The position numbers and the translations under genes were made by a program. A stretch of 64,000 bases of DNA, taken from NCBI GenBank assembly GCA_002269645.1, contig NIVC01003611.1, positions 24,037 through 88,036 of the forward strand. Direction: 5' to 3'. A model generated the notes under the pieces. That model was not told the origin of the DNA. It worked only from the letters and a program-made list of their open reading frames with translations, and did not search any database. The stretch is from Macrostomum lignano (Eukaryota). Positions 27,132 through 39,151 of this stretch are shown piece after piece (the first letter of the stretch is position 1; the number at the start of each line of letters is the position of its first letter).

Positions 27132-30100
27132 ATGAGCTACTCATCATTGAGCAAGGCTCAGCTTAGCTTTGAGTATTTGCATACAAATTCGTAAGTTTTC
27201 TTTGTTTTACATTTCTATAAACAATTAAGGCTTTAAATGTAATTTAATTTAAGGCAGGTCTGTTTTAAACAGTTTATACAACTATTGAATTTTAGAACTA
27301 CTCATGAGTTTCTTTTTGGTGCCATTGCTGAGCTAATTGACAATGCCAGGTGAGTGTATTGGCTTCTGCCTTGTCTTCATTGAAGTTCCTATCTTGATAA
27401 ATAATTTTAATGTATTGTTTAATCACATATTTCTTTTGTAGAGATGCTCATGCAACTGAGTTGGACATCTTTACAGGTTTGTGCCTTTCTGTTCAATACT
27501 TCTTTTTCTTACATCGCATCACTACTCCATATTGAGCAGGGAATTTTTAGGCCTTTTTGACAGCTTATACTATAGTTGATTATGACATGAAAGCTCTATA
27601 CCCCACATTTATTATTGTCAATAGCTCTAGACATGCTGTCTATAGACACAGTATCTCTGGACACAGTAGCTCTTGATGCTACCAAGACTCAACATTTCTA
27701 GACTCAATCTCTAGACACAGTATCTCTAGACACATCTCTAGACACAATATCTCTAGACACAACATCTCTAGACACAATATCTCTAGGCAAAATATCTTAG
27801 AATCAATATCTCGAGACACAACATTTCTAAGTCTAAACACAATATCTCTAGACACAATATCTTAGAATCAATATCTCGAGGCCCAATATCTCTAGACACA
27901 GCGGCTTCAGATACAGCATTGACCTGTAACAACAATACAATAACAAAGGCCTCCCCTCCCTAAAATATCTGGCTCACTGCACAGCTCAAAATGCGGACCT
28001 ACGCGGCGGCTACATGCTGTGCCTGCGCGACAACGGCTGCGGCATGGACCCCCAGGAGACCAAGGACATCATCACGTTTGGCCGGTCGGCTAAACGCTCG
28101 GACGAAAGCAGCGCCATCGGCATGTACGGCAACGGCCTGAAGTCCGGCTCGATGCGAATCGGCAACGACCTCATTCTGTTCACTAAGAAGGAGGACACAA
28201 TGAGCGCCCTGTTCTTGTCGCGCACGTTTCACGAGGCCGAGAGTCTGGACGAGGTGATTGTGCCGCTGCCCTGCTTCCGGGCGGACACGCGCCAGCCGCT
28301 CTACGACCTGGCCGAGGACCCCACGGCGGCCGAGCGGCACCAGACTGAGATGGCCGTCATCTATAAATACTCGCCATTCAAAACTGAGAAAGAATTCTTT
28401 GCCCAATTTGACAAGCTCAACTCCGGCAGCAGCGGCACCCTGCTCATGATTTACAACCTCAAACTGTTGGACAATGGCCAGCCCGAGCTGGACGTCACCA
28501 CGGATCCCACGGACGTGCTGCTGGCCAGCCCGGACTTTGATGACGAAACCGATCTGGGGGTGTATTCCGATCACGAGTGAGGCTTGCCGCTTTTTGATGC
28601 GTGACTTTGCAAACTGGACACCTTCACAAACTAGACGCTTTATAAAAAAACTATAAATTTAATCCCGCTAATGGTTTCATGAAAAACTTTTAGTAATCAA
28701 TCAGTAATCAGACAATCAGCAATTTCAAAGATTAGACTTACTGTGATTAGTCTATTTGAAATTTAGATGTTTAAAAGTAGAAAGGTATTAATCCTGATCT
28801 TAGGCGTTCTAGCCTTGGATGTGAAAGCAACCCCCCCCCCCTAATCTTTGGCATCTCAGCAACTGCTGTCTGTGAGCCATGGCATCTCAGCAACTGCCCC
28901 CTGTGAGCCATGGCATCTCAGCAACTGCTGTCTGTGAGCCTTGGCATCTCAGCAACTGCCCCCTGTGAGCCATGGCATCTCAGCAACTGCTGTCTGTGAG
29001 CCTTGGCATCTCAGCAACTGTCCCTGTGAGCCATGGCATCTCAGCAACTGCCCCCTGTGAGCCATGGCATCTCAGCAACTGCTGTCTGTGAGCCTTGGCA
29101 TCTCAGCAACTGCCCCCTGTGAGCCATGGCATCTCAGCAACTGCTGTCTGTGAGCCATGGCATCTCAGCAACTGCCCCCTGTGAGCCATGGCATCTCAGC
29201 AACTGCTGTCTGTGAGCCTTGGCATCTCAGCAACTGCCCCCTGTGAGCCTTGGCATCTCAGCAACTGTCCCTGTGAGCCATGGCATCTCAGCAACTGCCC
29301 CCTGTGAGCCATGGCATCTCAGCAACTGCCCCTGTGAGCCATGGCATCTCAGCAACTGCTGTCTGTGAGCCTTGGCATCTCAGCAACTGCTGTCTGTGAG
29401 CCTTGGCATCTCAGCAACTGCTGTCTGTGAGCCATGGCATCTCAGCAACTGCCCCTGTGAGCCATGGCATCTCAGCAACTGCTGTCTGTGAGCCATGACA
29501 TCTCAGCAACTGCTGTCTGTGAGCCTTGGCATCTCAGCAACTGCCCCCTGTGAGCCTTGGCATCTCAGCAACTGCTGTCTGTGAGCCATGGCATCTCAGC
29601 AACTGCTGTCTGTGAGCCTTGGCATCTCAGCAACTGCTGTCTGTGAGCCATGGCATCTCAGCAACTGCCCCTGTGAGCCATGGCATCTCAGCAACTGCTG
29701 TCTGTGAGCCATGATATCTCAGCAACTGCTTTCTGTGAGCCTTGGCATCTCAGCAACTGCTGTCTGTGAGCCTTGGCATCTCAGCAACTGCTGTATGTGA
29801 GCCATGGCATCTCAGCAACTGCTGTCTGTGAGCCTTGGCATCTCAGCAACTGCTGTCTGTGAGCCTTGGCATCTCAGCAACTGCTGTCTGTGAGCCTTGG
29901 CATCTCAGCAACTGCTGTCTGTGAGCCTTGGCATCTCAGCAACTGCTGTCTGTGAGCCATGGCATCTCAGCAACTGCCCCTGTGAGCCATGGCATCTCAG
30001 CAACTGCTGTCTGTGAGCCATGACATCTCAGCAACTGCTGTCTGTGAGCCTTGGCATCTCAGCAACTGCTGTCTGTGAGCCTTGGCATCTCAGCAACTGC

Positions 30101-33100
30101 CCTATTATTTTACCTGTATTTCCTGCGACGACTCTGGGGCGACACAAGTGATTCTGGGACGCTTCTTGGTCTAGGCACCGTTTTCATCGTTTTCATTGGG
30201 ATTGGAGTCTCATGATTCTTAATAGAGATCAAGTCGGAAGCATGAGTTCCTCACCCTATTTTGATAATGAAAACTCTTCTCTCGCTAATTCAAGCTCCTA
30301 CAGGACTGGATTCACCCCCCCCCCTCTCACCACCGCAGTCAGCCGCCTGAGCGCAGATCTCTACGCCACTACGTATCAATAATGTACATCGATCCGCGCA
30401 TGAAGGTGTACATCCAGAACAAGAAGGTGCAGACCCGCATGCTGCTGTCCTGCCTGTACAAGCCGCTGCAATACAATTACGCCTCTCGCACATTCCGCAA
30501 TCGGGCGGAAGCGGAAGCCAGCAGATCCAAAGAGGAAACTAAGCAGGCCGATATGCGAGTGCGCGAGTTCGAGTCCCGCCTGCGCGATCTGGAGCAGCGG
30601 CTGGGAGAAGCGCCAGTGGATACCGCCGATAGGATTGCGCTGCGCAAGGCGCGGGACGCCCTGGCTTCTAGCAAGCGGGAGGCCCAGATGAAGAAGGTGA
30701 TTTAGGGGGAGCGGATCTCTTAATTAGTCCTGTTTGGCAATTCGTTTTGTACATTTTTCAGTTGACAATCGCCCATCTATCTACTCGGAATTTTCCCCCG
30801 AGAATGGCCGTCGACCTCCCGAGAATGGCCATCAACCTCACCAAGAATATTGCCCTCAGTCCTTATTAAAAATCACCCGTAAACCTCCCTGAAGAATCAC
30901 TCTTCAACCTCTCTAAGAATCGCCCTCAGCCACTCTAAGAATAACCATCAACCTCACCAAGAATCGCCCCCAGCCCTCACCAAAAATTGCCTTCAACCTC
31001 ACCAAGAATGGCCCTCAACCTTCCCAAAGAATAGCCGTCGACCTCCCGAGAGTGGCCATCGACCTCAACAAGAATCGCCCTCAACCTTCCCAAGAATCGC
31101 CCTTAACCTCACCAAGAATCGCCCTCAACCTCACCAAGAATCGCCCTCAACCTCACCACGAATCGCCCTCAACCTCACCAAGAATCGCCATCAACCTTTC
31201 CAAGAATCGCCCTCAACCTCACCAAGAATCGCCCTCAACCTCACCAAGAATCGCCCTCAACCTCACCACGAATCGCCCTCAACCTCACCAAGAATCGCCC
31301 TCAACCTCACCACGAATCGCCCTCAACCTCACCAAGAATCGCCATCAACCTTTCCAAGAATCGCCCTCAACCTCACCAAGAATCGCCCTCAACCTCACCA
31401 AGAATCGCCCTCAACCTCACCAAGAATCGCCCTCAACCTCACCAAGAATCGCCCTCAACCGCCTCACCGCAGGTGATGGCCCAGAAGAAGCAGAAAGCGC
31501 TGAAGGAGCCGAAGACGCTGACATTTTACTTCGGCGTGAACCTGGAGCAGCGCAACATGTACGGCATGTTCGTGTACAACTGTTCCCGCCTCATCAAAAT
31601 GTACGAACGCACCGGGCCCCAGCTGGACAGCGGCCAGACCTGCCGAGGCGTGGTCGGCATTGTGAACGTTCCCTACATCCTGCTCATGCCGACCCACAGC
31701 AAGCAGGACTTTGCCGACGCCAAAGAGTACAGAGCCCTGCTCAGGGCCATGTCCGACCATCTCATGCAGTACTGGGACGACATCGGGATTGAGAAGCGGC
31801 CGGGCGGTGTCGACGCTTTCTGGGCCGAGTTCGGCTACTTGAAAGCCAAGTGGAGCGAGCCGCCGTCGCAGGAGCCGAAGTACGCCAAGAAGCGGGCCAT
31901 CAGCCTGCAGACTCACGTGCAGTGCAACCGCTGCTTGAAATGGCGAATACTGCCGTTCCAGTCTAATCAGGTGAATGAATCAGCTGCCCTGATAGCCAGC
32001 TGGAATATCTACAACAATCGCCCTTATTTACCTATCCAACAATCGCCTTTATTTACTTATCCAACAATCGCCCTTATTTATAATCGCCGCTCTATAAAAA
32101 TGTCTAAAAATCGCACTAATCTGCCACTTAAATCCCGGCCACAGGTGGGCAAGTCGGTGCCGGACAACTGGGAGTGCAAGGACAATCCGGACAATGCGCA
32201 CAAGCGCTGCTCTGAACCGGAGCAGATCCTAGCCGTGCCAGTCCGGGTGCTGAAGCGCAAGATCAAAACCAAGGAGCAGCGGCAGCAGGAGCTGGAGGAC
32301 ATGATCAAGCGGCGCCAGGCCGAGCTCGAGAAGCTCACAGGCGGCCAGGCTGTCCGCGGCCGCCAGCCAGCCAAGCGCGACGAGGAAGACGATTCTGAGG
32401 AGGAGGAGGAAGAAGAGTCCGAGGAGGAAGAGGAGGAGGAGCCCCCGGCTAAGCGGAGAGCCTCGCAGCAGCAGCAACAGCAAAAGAAGAAGCCGGCTCC
32501 GCCTCCTCCGGCTCGCAAGGTGGCAACGCCACAGGCTGTTGCAGCAGCAAAGCAGCAGCAGCACCAGAAGCAGATCCAGCAGCAGCAGCAGCAGCGCCGC
32601 TCAATTGCTGCTCCTCCGCCTCAGAAGAAGCCGCCGCCGTCGCCTCCCAAAAAGCAGCAACAGACAACTCAAGGAAAAAAGCCCGCCGCAGCAGAATCGT
32701 CCAGCGATGATGAGGATGAAGAAGAGGAAGAAGAGTCCAGCGACGAAGAGGAGGAGGAGGAAGTGAAGAAGAAAGCGGAGCCAGCCAAGCCGGCGGCCCC
32801 AGCCAGGTCTGCCCCGATGGCCAAGCGATCCTCCGGAGCCCTCCCGCCTCTGCCTGCGGCTGCGGCAGCCAAGCAGCCACAGCAACCGCCGCAGCCTCCT
32901 CCGGCGCCCTCCGTCCGGGTGACTCGCACGCCGGCAACAATTTCTACAGGGCAGAGCGGCCAGGCAGGCAGCGCCACTCAGCAGAATAAGCAGGCGGAAG
33001 CGGCCGCGTCGGCTGACGGCATCAATTCAACCGCTAGCTCGGCTCAGTCGGCTGTCAAATCGGTGAGTGGCTGACTGGGATGAGGCAGTCCCAGTGATGC

Positions 33101-34964
33101 TGCTGGCAGGCACAAGCAACTGAGACAGACAGGATCAGGTACTGTGACAGACAGGATCAGGTACTGTGACAGACAGGAACAGGTACTGTGACAGACAGGA
33201 ACAGGTACTGAGACAGACAGGAACAGGTACTGTGACAGACAGGAACAGGTACTGAGATAGACAGGATCAGCAGGTACTGAGATAGACAGGAACAGGTACT
33301 GAGATAGACAGGATCAGGTACTGAGATAGACAGGAACAGGTACTGTGACAGACAGGAACAGGTACTGAGATAGACAGGAACAGGTACTGAGACAGACAGG
33401 ATCAGGTACTGTGACAGACAGGAACAGGTACTGAGACAGTTAGGAACAGGTACTGAGACAGGTAGGAACAGGTACTGAGACAGTTAGGAACAGGTACTGA
33501 GATCGACAGGAACAGGTACTGAGACAGTTAGGAACGGGTACTGAGATAGACAGAAACAGGTACTGAGACAGACAGGAACAGGTACTGAGACAGTTAGGAA
33601 CAGGTACTGAGACAGACAGGAACAGGTACTGAGACAGTTAGGAACAGGTACTGAGACAGTTAGGAACAGGTACTGAGACAGTTAGGAACAGGTACTGAGA
33701 CAGTTAGGAACGGGTACTGAGATAGACAGAAACAGGTACTGAGACAGACAGGAACAGGTACTGAGACAGTTAGGAACAGGTACTGAGACAGTTAGGAACA
33801 GGTACTGAGATAGACAGGAACAGGTACTGAGACAGACAGGAACAGGTACTGAGACAGTTAGGAACAGGTACTGAGACAGTTAGGAACAGGTACTGAGACA
33901 GTTAGGAACAGGTACTGAGATAGACAGGAACAGGTACTGTGACAGACAGTAACAGGTACTGAGATAGACAGAAACAGGTACTGAGACAGACAGACGTTAT
34001 CATAAAGACAGAAAGACACAAAGAAAACGGTGGACACAAACGGACACAATCAATAAGAACAACTGGACAGGCGGACAGAACACACTACCAGAGAAAAATA
34101 CGATTTGAAGGCTCAAGAGTGATAGATGTGGCATTCACCCACCCGTTTTCAGCTCACTGCGGAGCTGCAGTCGGTCAACCAGCAGTTATCAACAGTGTCG
34201 GATAAGCTTCGCGATGTTCTCAAATATTTCTGTCCGCCGAATTTTTCCCGGGCCGACACTGATTTCGCGCAGATGCCCGTGTCAGAGCTGGAGGCCTTTC
34301 CCACTGAGCCATTCTTTAGAATCTACGAGGAGGGCATCAGTCAGGTAATTTTGCGTGCCGGTTTTAAACTCATCAATGTACAAGCATGATTTATTAGACT
34401 TGACACGTGAAAACTGTGGGATACCAATGCCTATGCTATCGGTTTTTTCCGTGCTGGAAATCACTTGGGTAACAGATTACGAAAATCTCCAATTAAACAA
34501 GCAAGTCACACTTTTGACGCTCGTAAAAGACTACTGAAAGTATTATGCCGAATTATTTTCCCCATCTTCTACTATAAGTAGAGTATTCAGTAAAAACCTC
34601 GTTATTTTAAATTTTGGACATGCAATTTTCTACTATTTCTACTGCTAGTAGAATCGAACGAAAATGATTTAATACAGTAAAAGCTTAGAATCATCGAAAA
34701 CTGTTTTGTTTTGTACATCTGAGTTTTCGACTGCAACATTTCTTCTTGAAGAACTTCTGTCTCAAAAGTCGTCAAGCTAAATCCTACATTGCATTTCAGC
34801 TCATTCGCGAAAGAGTCGAGGAGAAGGAGAAAGAGCTGATGGCACTCCGGTCGGCCCTAGCCAGACTCCTCATTGCCGCCGGCTACCTGGAGGCCGGGGC
34901 CGACACGCACAGCCAGCTGGTGGACCGGACGCTCATCAAATTCCTGGCGGAGAAGAACCTCTGA
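27132..34964 (+). CDS. MORC2: MORC family CW-type zinc finger protein 2-like (GHKL ATPase, S5, CC1, zf-CW, long disordered region, C-terminal coiled coil), 956 aa
   Basis: Exons 27132-27190, 27296-27349, 27442-27476, 27985-28576, 30339-30696, 31473-31970, 32145-33062, 34153-34344, 34800-34964. All are GT-AG with consistent phases and total 2871 nt. Motifs: [93 protein letters not shown]...W.C..NPD...RC, all matching the MORC2 pattern. Confidence 0.93.
27610..27910. repeat. Degenerate ~16-bp array (TATCTCTAGACACAA) in MORC2 intron 3
   Basis: Visible. Confidence 0.8.
28845..30100. repeat. 31-bp minisatellite CATGGCATCTCAGCAACTGCTGTCTGTGAGC in MORC2 intron 4
   Basis: Visible. Confidence 0.97.
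30800..31465. repeat. 22-bp minisatellite CCAAGAATCGCCCTCAACCTCA in MORC2 intron 5
   Basis: Visible; runs directly into the 31473 acceptor. Confidence 0.95.
33120..33990. repeat. 22-bp minisatellite AGGTACTGAGACAGACAGGAAC in MORC2 intron 7
   Basis: Visible. Confidence 0.95.
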
Positions 34965-35314
34965 TACATTGGCCATCCGGGTCAATTCAACCGGCTTCTG
35001 TTTTTTACCTGTTTTTTTTATTAACACGGTTCCCATCTGCGCGTCTGTTTGTGACTGTCTCTCTCTTGTTGCAATCTTTTACGTATTTCATGCGACTATT
35101 TGGTTTCATTATTTTTAATTTGGCAACCAAAATAGTTAGAATTTGTTTGTACCGGCTTTTAAGTAGAGGTATTTGCTGGCTTTTGTTGTCTCCGCGGTTG
35201 GATGCTGATATTTTTTTACCTGTCTTCTTCTTTGGGCCGAAATATATGGTTGTTCATCTGGTTGTGACAAGATTTTGTAGGGCTCAGTGTTGAGATGTGG
35301 GGTGAGATTCTGTA

Positions 35315-35535
35315 GACACGATCTGGTGAGATGCGAGTGAGAGTTTAGAGTCAATCGGGTGAGATGCGAGTGAGAGTTTGTAGAGTCAGTCGGGTGAGAT
35401 GCGAGTGAGAGTTTGTAGAGCCAGTCGGGTGAGATGCGAGTGCGAGTTTGTAGAGTCAGTCGGGTGAGATGCGAGTGAGAGTTTAGAGTCAATCGGGTGA
35501 GATGCGAGTTTGTAGAGTCAATCGGGTGAGATGAG
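35315..35535. repeat. ~35-bp minisatellite GGGTGAGATGCGAGTGAGAGTTTGTAGAGTCAGTC
   Basis: Visible, about 6 units. Confidence 0.9.
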
Positions 35536-36599
35536 GTATTTTCGGTTTTGTTTGGCTCAAGATTTGCTGCAAGAAAGAAATCTGTTAATATTTTCGTTGT
35601 CTCTCTCCAGGGGTAGTATTTTGTTAATCTGTTTAGGAGTTTTAATCAGCTGCTGTTAATGTCTTTAACTTTGAAGTTCGTACTGCTACTCGCTGCTGAC
35701 AGTCGATTCGGGAAAGTAATATATGAAGTGGATTTTATCGGCGCCCTTGTTGATTTTTAAACGACGGTGCCCTCTGAGTCTCCTGCGGTCTCGGTGTCTC
35801 GCTGACTCCCTGGCATATTAGTCTGCAGTTACCAATTTTACCCCAGCAACTATTGCAACCCCCCACCTGACCACGCGACAAGGCAGCTGCCCCTCCTTTG
35901 CATGCCAGTTATCCGCTCCCGAATTTCTCAGCGCAAGCTTCTGTTTGTTGGTGTTGTATACCGTTCGCACCCAGGTTGAATATGTGCCCCAGGGCTTGCT
36001 ATAGTTATCATTCATACACCAATCACCATTTCGCAGTCGCATGCCGGGGCGCGCAGGTCTGCATTTATTGTGCTAAGATTCGTAGCTCGTCTGACCTGTC
36101 CTGTATTCTCGCCTCGGCGTGCGGACCGGCTGTCCCCCCTATTCGATACAATTAATCAATACAAACTTAATATGCTCGAGTGCGAGTTTGCTAAAAAAAT
36201 CATTTGTTACTTTAAAAATGCTGAAAATAAATTTGTTTCAATTTGTTCTTTCTTATAACCGAGTGCGATGGAGTTAAGCTAAGTTGGCTGCGGTTAGTAC
36301 GCAACTGATAGCTGAATAGGCTAGAAATTTTTGCAATGAGAAAATTGCAGTGAAATTGTGTTGCCACATATAATACTACTGTTACTAAGTAGCCTAGTAA
36401 GATCCTATTTTGTTCAACATAGATTTCTTTGTTTCGACCAGGCTAGCCAAAAACCCAGCGTTTAAAACCAATTCTTAGAAATTTTCACTTCCCTAGCTAG
36501 ATTTTGGTCCGCTTCGAGTCGCAAAGTAACGTACTATGGGCCGTATGCAGAAAGCTCTGTCTAGGGTAGTCCGGTCTTGAAAAGCTAGTGAGTTTTCTA

Positions 36600-37849
36600 C
36601 ACAAGAAACTACAAAAAAACTACAAATCAGTTTCAAATTGGCAAAACAAACTAAAACGTTTACGGACGCTGGGCGCTGAAAGCAGCCTGGCAGAAGCATA
36701 GCAAATCCTGCATCTTTTTGTTTGCCTTGGTTGCGAAGGAGCTTCTCGGTAGGCGAGTCACTTTCTACCATTTCCAGTGAGCTCCAGTAGTGCGCAAATA
36801 CTGCCTTCCTTCGACTTGTTTGCGACTGTTCGTGTGCGTGGGACATAAATGATCCTCGTATTTACCAGTAAAAGGCAAATATTCATTCCATTTGACGCGC
36901 AAAATTTTGGCCTGACGAAGAGCCCAGAGAGGCATAAAACCGATTTCCTTTTTTTTTAAGTACTAAAATTTAAAGCCTTTAAAACTAGCCCTTGGTTTTG
37001 GGAGCTCATAGTTCTACTGAAGCAGTAAGGTAGCAAGTGGCCATTGACACCCATTGGCGGATGACGAAGTGTCCAGAAACCAACCTCCATGCACGGGTTG
37101 TATTTGAGGACACAGCTTTTTTTCTTGCTACTTCTTATTTTGCGAGCAGTTCAGGCCGGAGCTTAACTTTTCATTCTCTGCAGCAGTCGTTTGGGCATGG
37201 GCACCACAAAGTTGAGACTTCGGTTCGCAATTTCGCGCAACTGGTCGGCCGTAATACCTTTACAGCTGTCTTAGAATCGCACGAAAGTCAGCAACCACTT
37301 GAATTGATCGCGATTCAAGCGTCTCGGGCTTTTGAAAGCGGAGCGTGCTGTGGAAGTCATCAGTGCACCAGTGGTCATGCAGCCGCTAACTTTGTTCAGG
37401 ACCATGTAAAAGTGCATCCCTATGAGCTCTCTCATCTCGTGGGCAGTGCAACCTCTTTAGCGAGGTTGTCGGCGAACTGCCGCTTGCTTCCAGAGTTGGT
37501 CCAACCAGCCGGGCATTGAAAGAGCCTAAAGAGAGTAAGAAGGCAGCTTCGTCCTGCTCCATTTCTTCAGGAACTGAAACTGCCGGACTCAAAGCTGCCT
37601 GTCCGATCAATGCAAAATCCGTTGGCGGCTCCTCGGGACCAGGCTCGATGAAGTGCGGTTCAACAGACTTCTCCGTTTCCTGGAGTTAAAAAAGCATCGG
37701 AAGCGTCAACATTGGTCTCTGCATCTTTCACCGCCTTGAGTCAACTCATTACCCAAAATACTTCTTCACCCAAACTCTTCGTTGAACCCGGCTTCGTAAT
37801 TGAGAGCTTCATCTTCTTCGCTTTTATCCAACATCCTGCGATAATCCAT
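36600..37849 (-). mobile_element. Decayed, internally deleted piggyBac-like transposase
   Basis: Fragments across frames and stops: acidic N-terminus MDYRRMLDKSEEDEALNYE; TAHEMRELIGMHFYMVLNK / HDHWCTDDF / LNRDQFKWLLTFVRF* (compare PGBD EMKAFIGL...DYWSTD...MSRDRF..ILRFLHF); LKYNP; C-terminal KRCRICY near 36700. No TTAA/TIR ends were found, so the boundaries are approximate. Confidence 0.55.
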
Positions 37850-38075
37850 TATTTGGATTCTTTTTATAGAGCAATAGTTTGCAATTGAATTGACCGCAGA
37901 TCCAGATTTTAGACTAACTACGCGTATAGGCTCAAGCGAGGGAGCAAATACAGAAAAGCACGTGCGTTTGTTAATTTTCTTTCAACCCATACGATTTTAC
38001 CTCACCCCCCTCAGCCAAGTCACACCTTATATTTCAATGCCCCAGAGGGTTTTCACAAAAAACTAGGAACTGATC

Positions 38076-38772
38076 CAAGGACGACTTAAGTAGAAGGACG
38101 GGAAACCTCGTTTCTTAGAAAATTTTTGAAGGCACTTTTTCCCGAAAAAATACACTGCGGAGATAGGAAATTTTCATTTTTTCAGCACAAAAATTGCTAT
38201 AACTTTTGATAGGAGGCAGATCCAGTGTTGATCTTTTGATATGTTGTGCCTTTTTTATTGCTCTATCGATATTTATAAAGCTTTCTGTTCAGAAAATTAG
38301 GATTCTATGTTAATTTTTTATTCTACGTATATTTTCATGTGTCTTGTGCTTGAAATACATTAGAATGCCACGGCTTGGCTCTTTGATTTTATGAGTCTAT
38401 TTTATCCTTCTTACCTGACTGTATAGCAAATAGTCGTAACATAGATGATAAAATAGATTCATAAAACCAAATATTAGAGCTGTGTCATGCATTTTTGTGA
38501 TTTTTAGATACAGGAAATATACGTAGAATAAAAATTAACATAGAATCCTAATTTTCTGAACGGAAAGCTTTATAAATATCGATAGAGCAATAAAAAAGGC
38601 ACAACATATCAAAAGATCAACACTGGATCTGCCTTCTATCAAAAGTTATAGCAATTTTTGTGCTGAAAAAATGAAAATTTCCTATCTCCGCAGTGTATTT
38701 TTTCGGGAAAAAGTGCCTTCAAAAATTTTCTAAGAAACGAGGTTTCCCGTCCTTCTACTTAAGTCGTCCTTG
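38076..38772. mobile_element. Non-autonomous DNA transposon (MITE), ~260-bp TIRs, 8-bp TSD (P- or hAT-type)
   Basis: 38076-38334 is the near-perfect reverse complement of 38515-38772 (terminus CAAGGACGACTTAAGTAGAAGG). Direct repeat AACTGATC at 38068-38075 and 38773-38780. Confidence 0.9.
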
Positions 38773-38839
38773 AACTGATCGTGTACAATTGTGCACCACA
38801 TAGTCCAGCAAAACCATAGACTGTAGACATAGCTGTTGT

Positions 38840-39151
38840 CTATGGTAAGCCTAGTGGTTAGAGCATTGTACTCATGACTTGAAGGTCGGGGGTTCGATTC
38901 CCGATTCCACTGGAACAATTTGTGTCCTTGCGCAAACTCTACATTGCTTCAGTTCACCCAGCTGTAAAATGGGTGCCAGCATTAGCTGGGGGTAATTGTG
39001 GGTTGGTGTGGCGACCCCCCAGTCCATGGACTGAACAGCCGTACGCAGCCTTCAGATGCGCCGCGCAATACTCTTAGCTGCGGCTGAGCTTTCGGTTGCA
39101 CATCTGGCCCAATTGGGGCAGGTGTAATTAATTATTATTACTATGGTAAGC
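38840..39151 (+). mobile_element. tRNA-derived SINE with CORE-like central domain
   Basis: A-box-like AGCCTAGTGG, B-box GGTTCGATTCC, then TGTGTCCTTGCGCAA...GCTTCAGTTCACCCAGCTGTAAAATGGG (similar to the CORE/MIR domain), a (TTA)n tail at about 39125-39140, and CTATGGTAAGC repeated at both ends. Confidence 0.75.

Noticed and set aside
16350-27600. Contaminant DNA from an AT-rich organism
   Set aside because: It contains MORC2 exons 1-3, in correct phase and order for the adjacent exon 4, and a relative of the host SINE. Not fully excluded without read data.
27999-32977. Minus-strand ORFs over the MORC2 exons, and plus-strand ORF 31052-31792
   Set aside because: Antisense or off-frame shadows of GC-rich coding sequence; 31052-31792 begins in the 22-bp satellite and is out of frame with exon 6.
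38836-38915. Functional tRNA-Met (CTCATGA loop, T-loop GGTTCGATTCC)
   Set aside because: The anticodon and acceptor stems do not pair, and it continues into a CORE-like SINE body.
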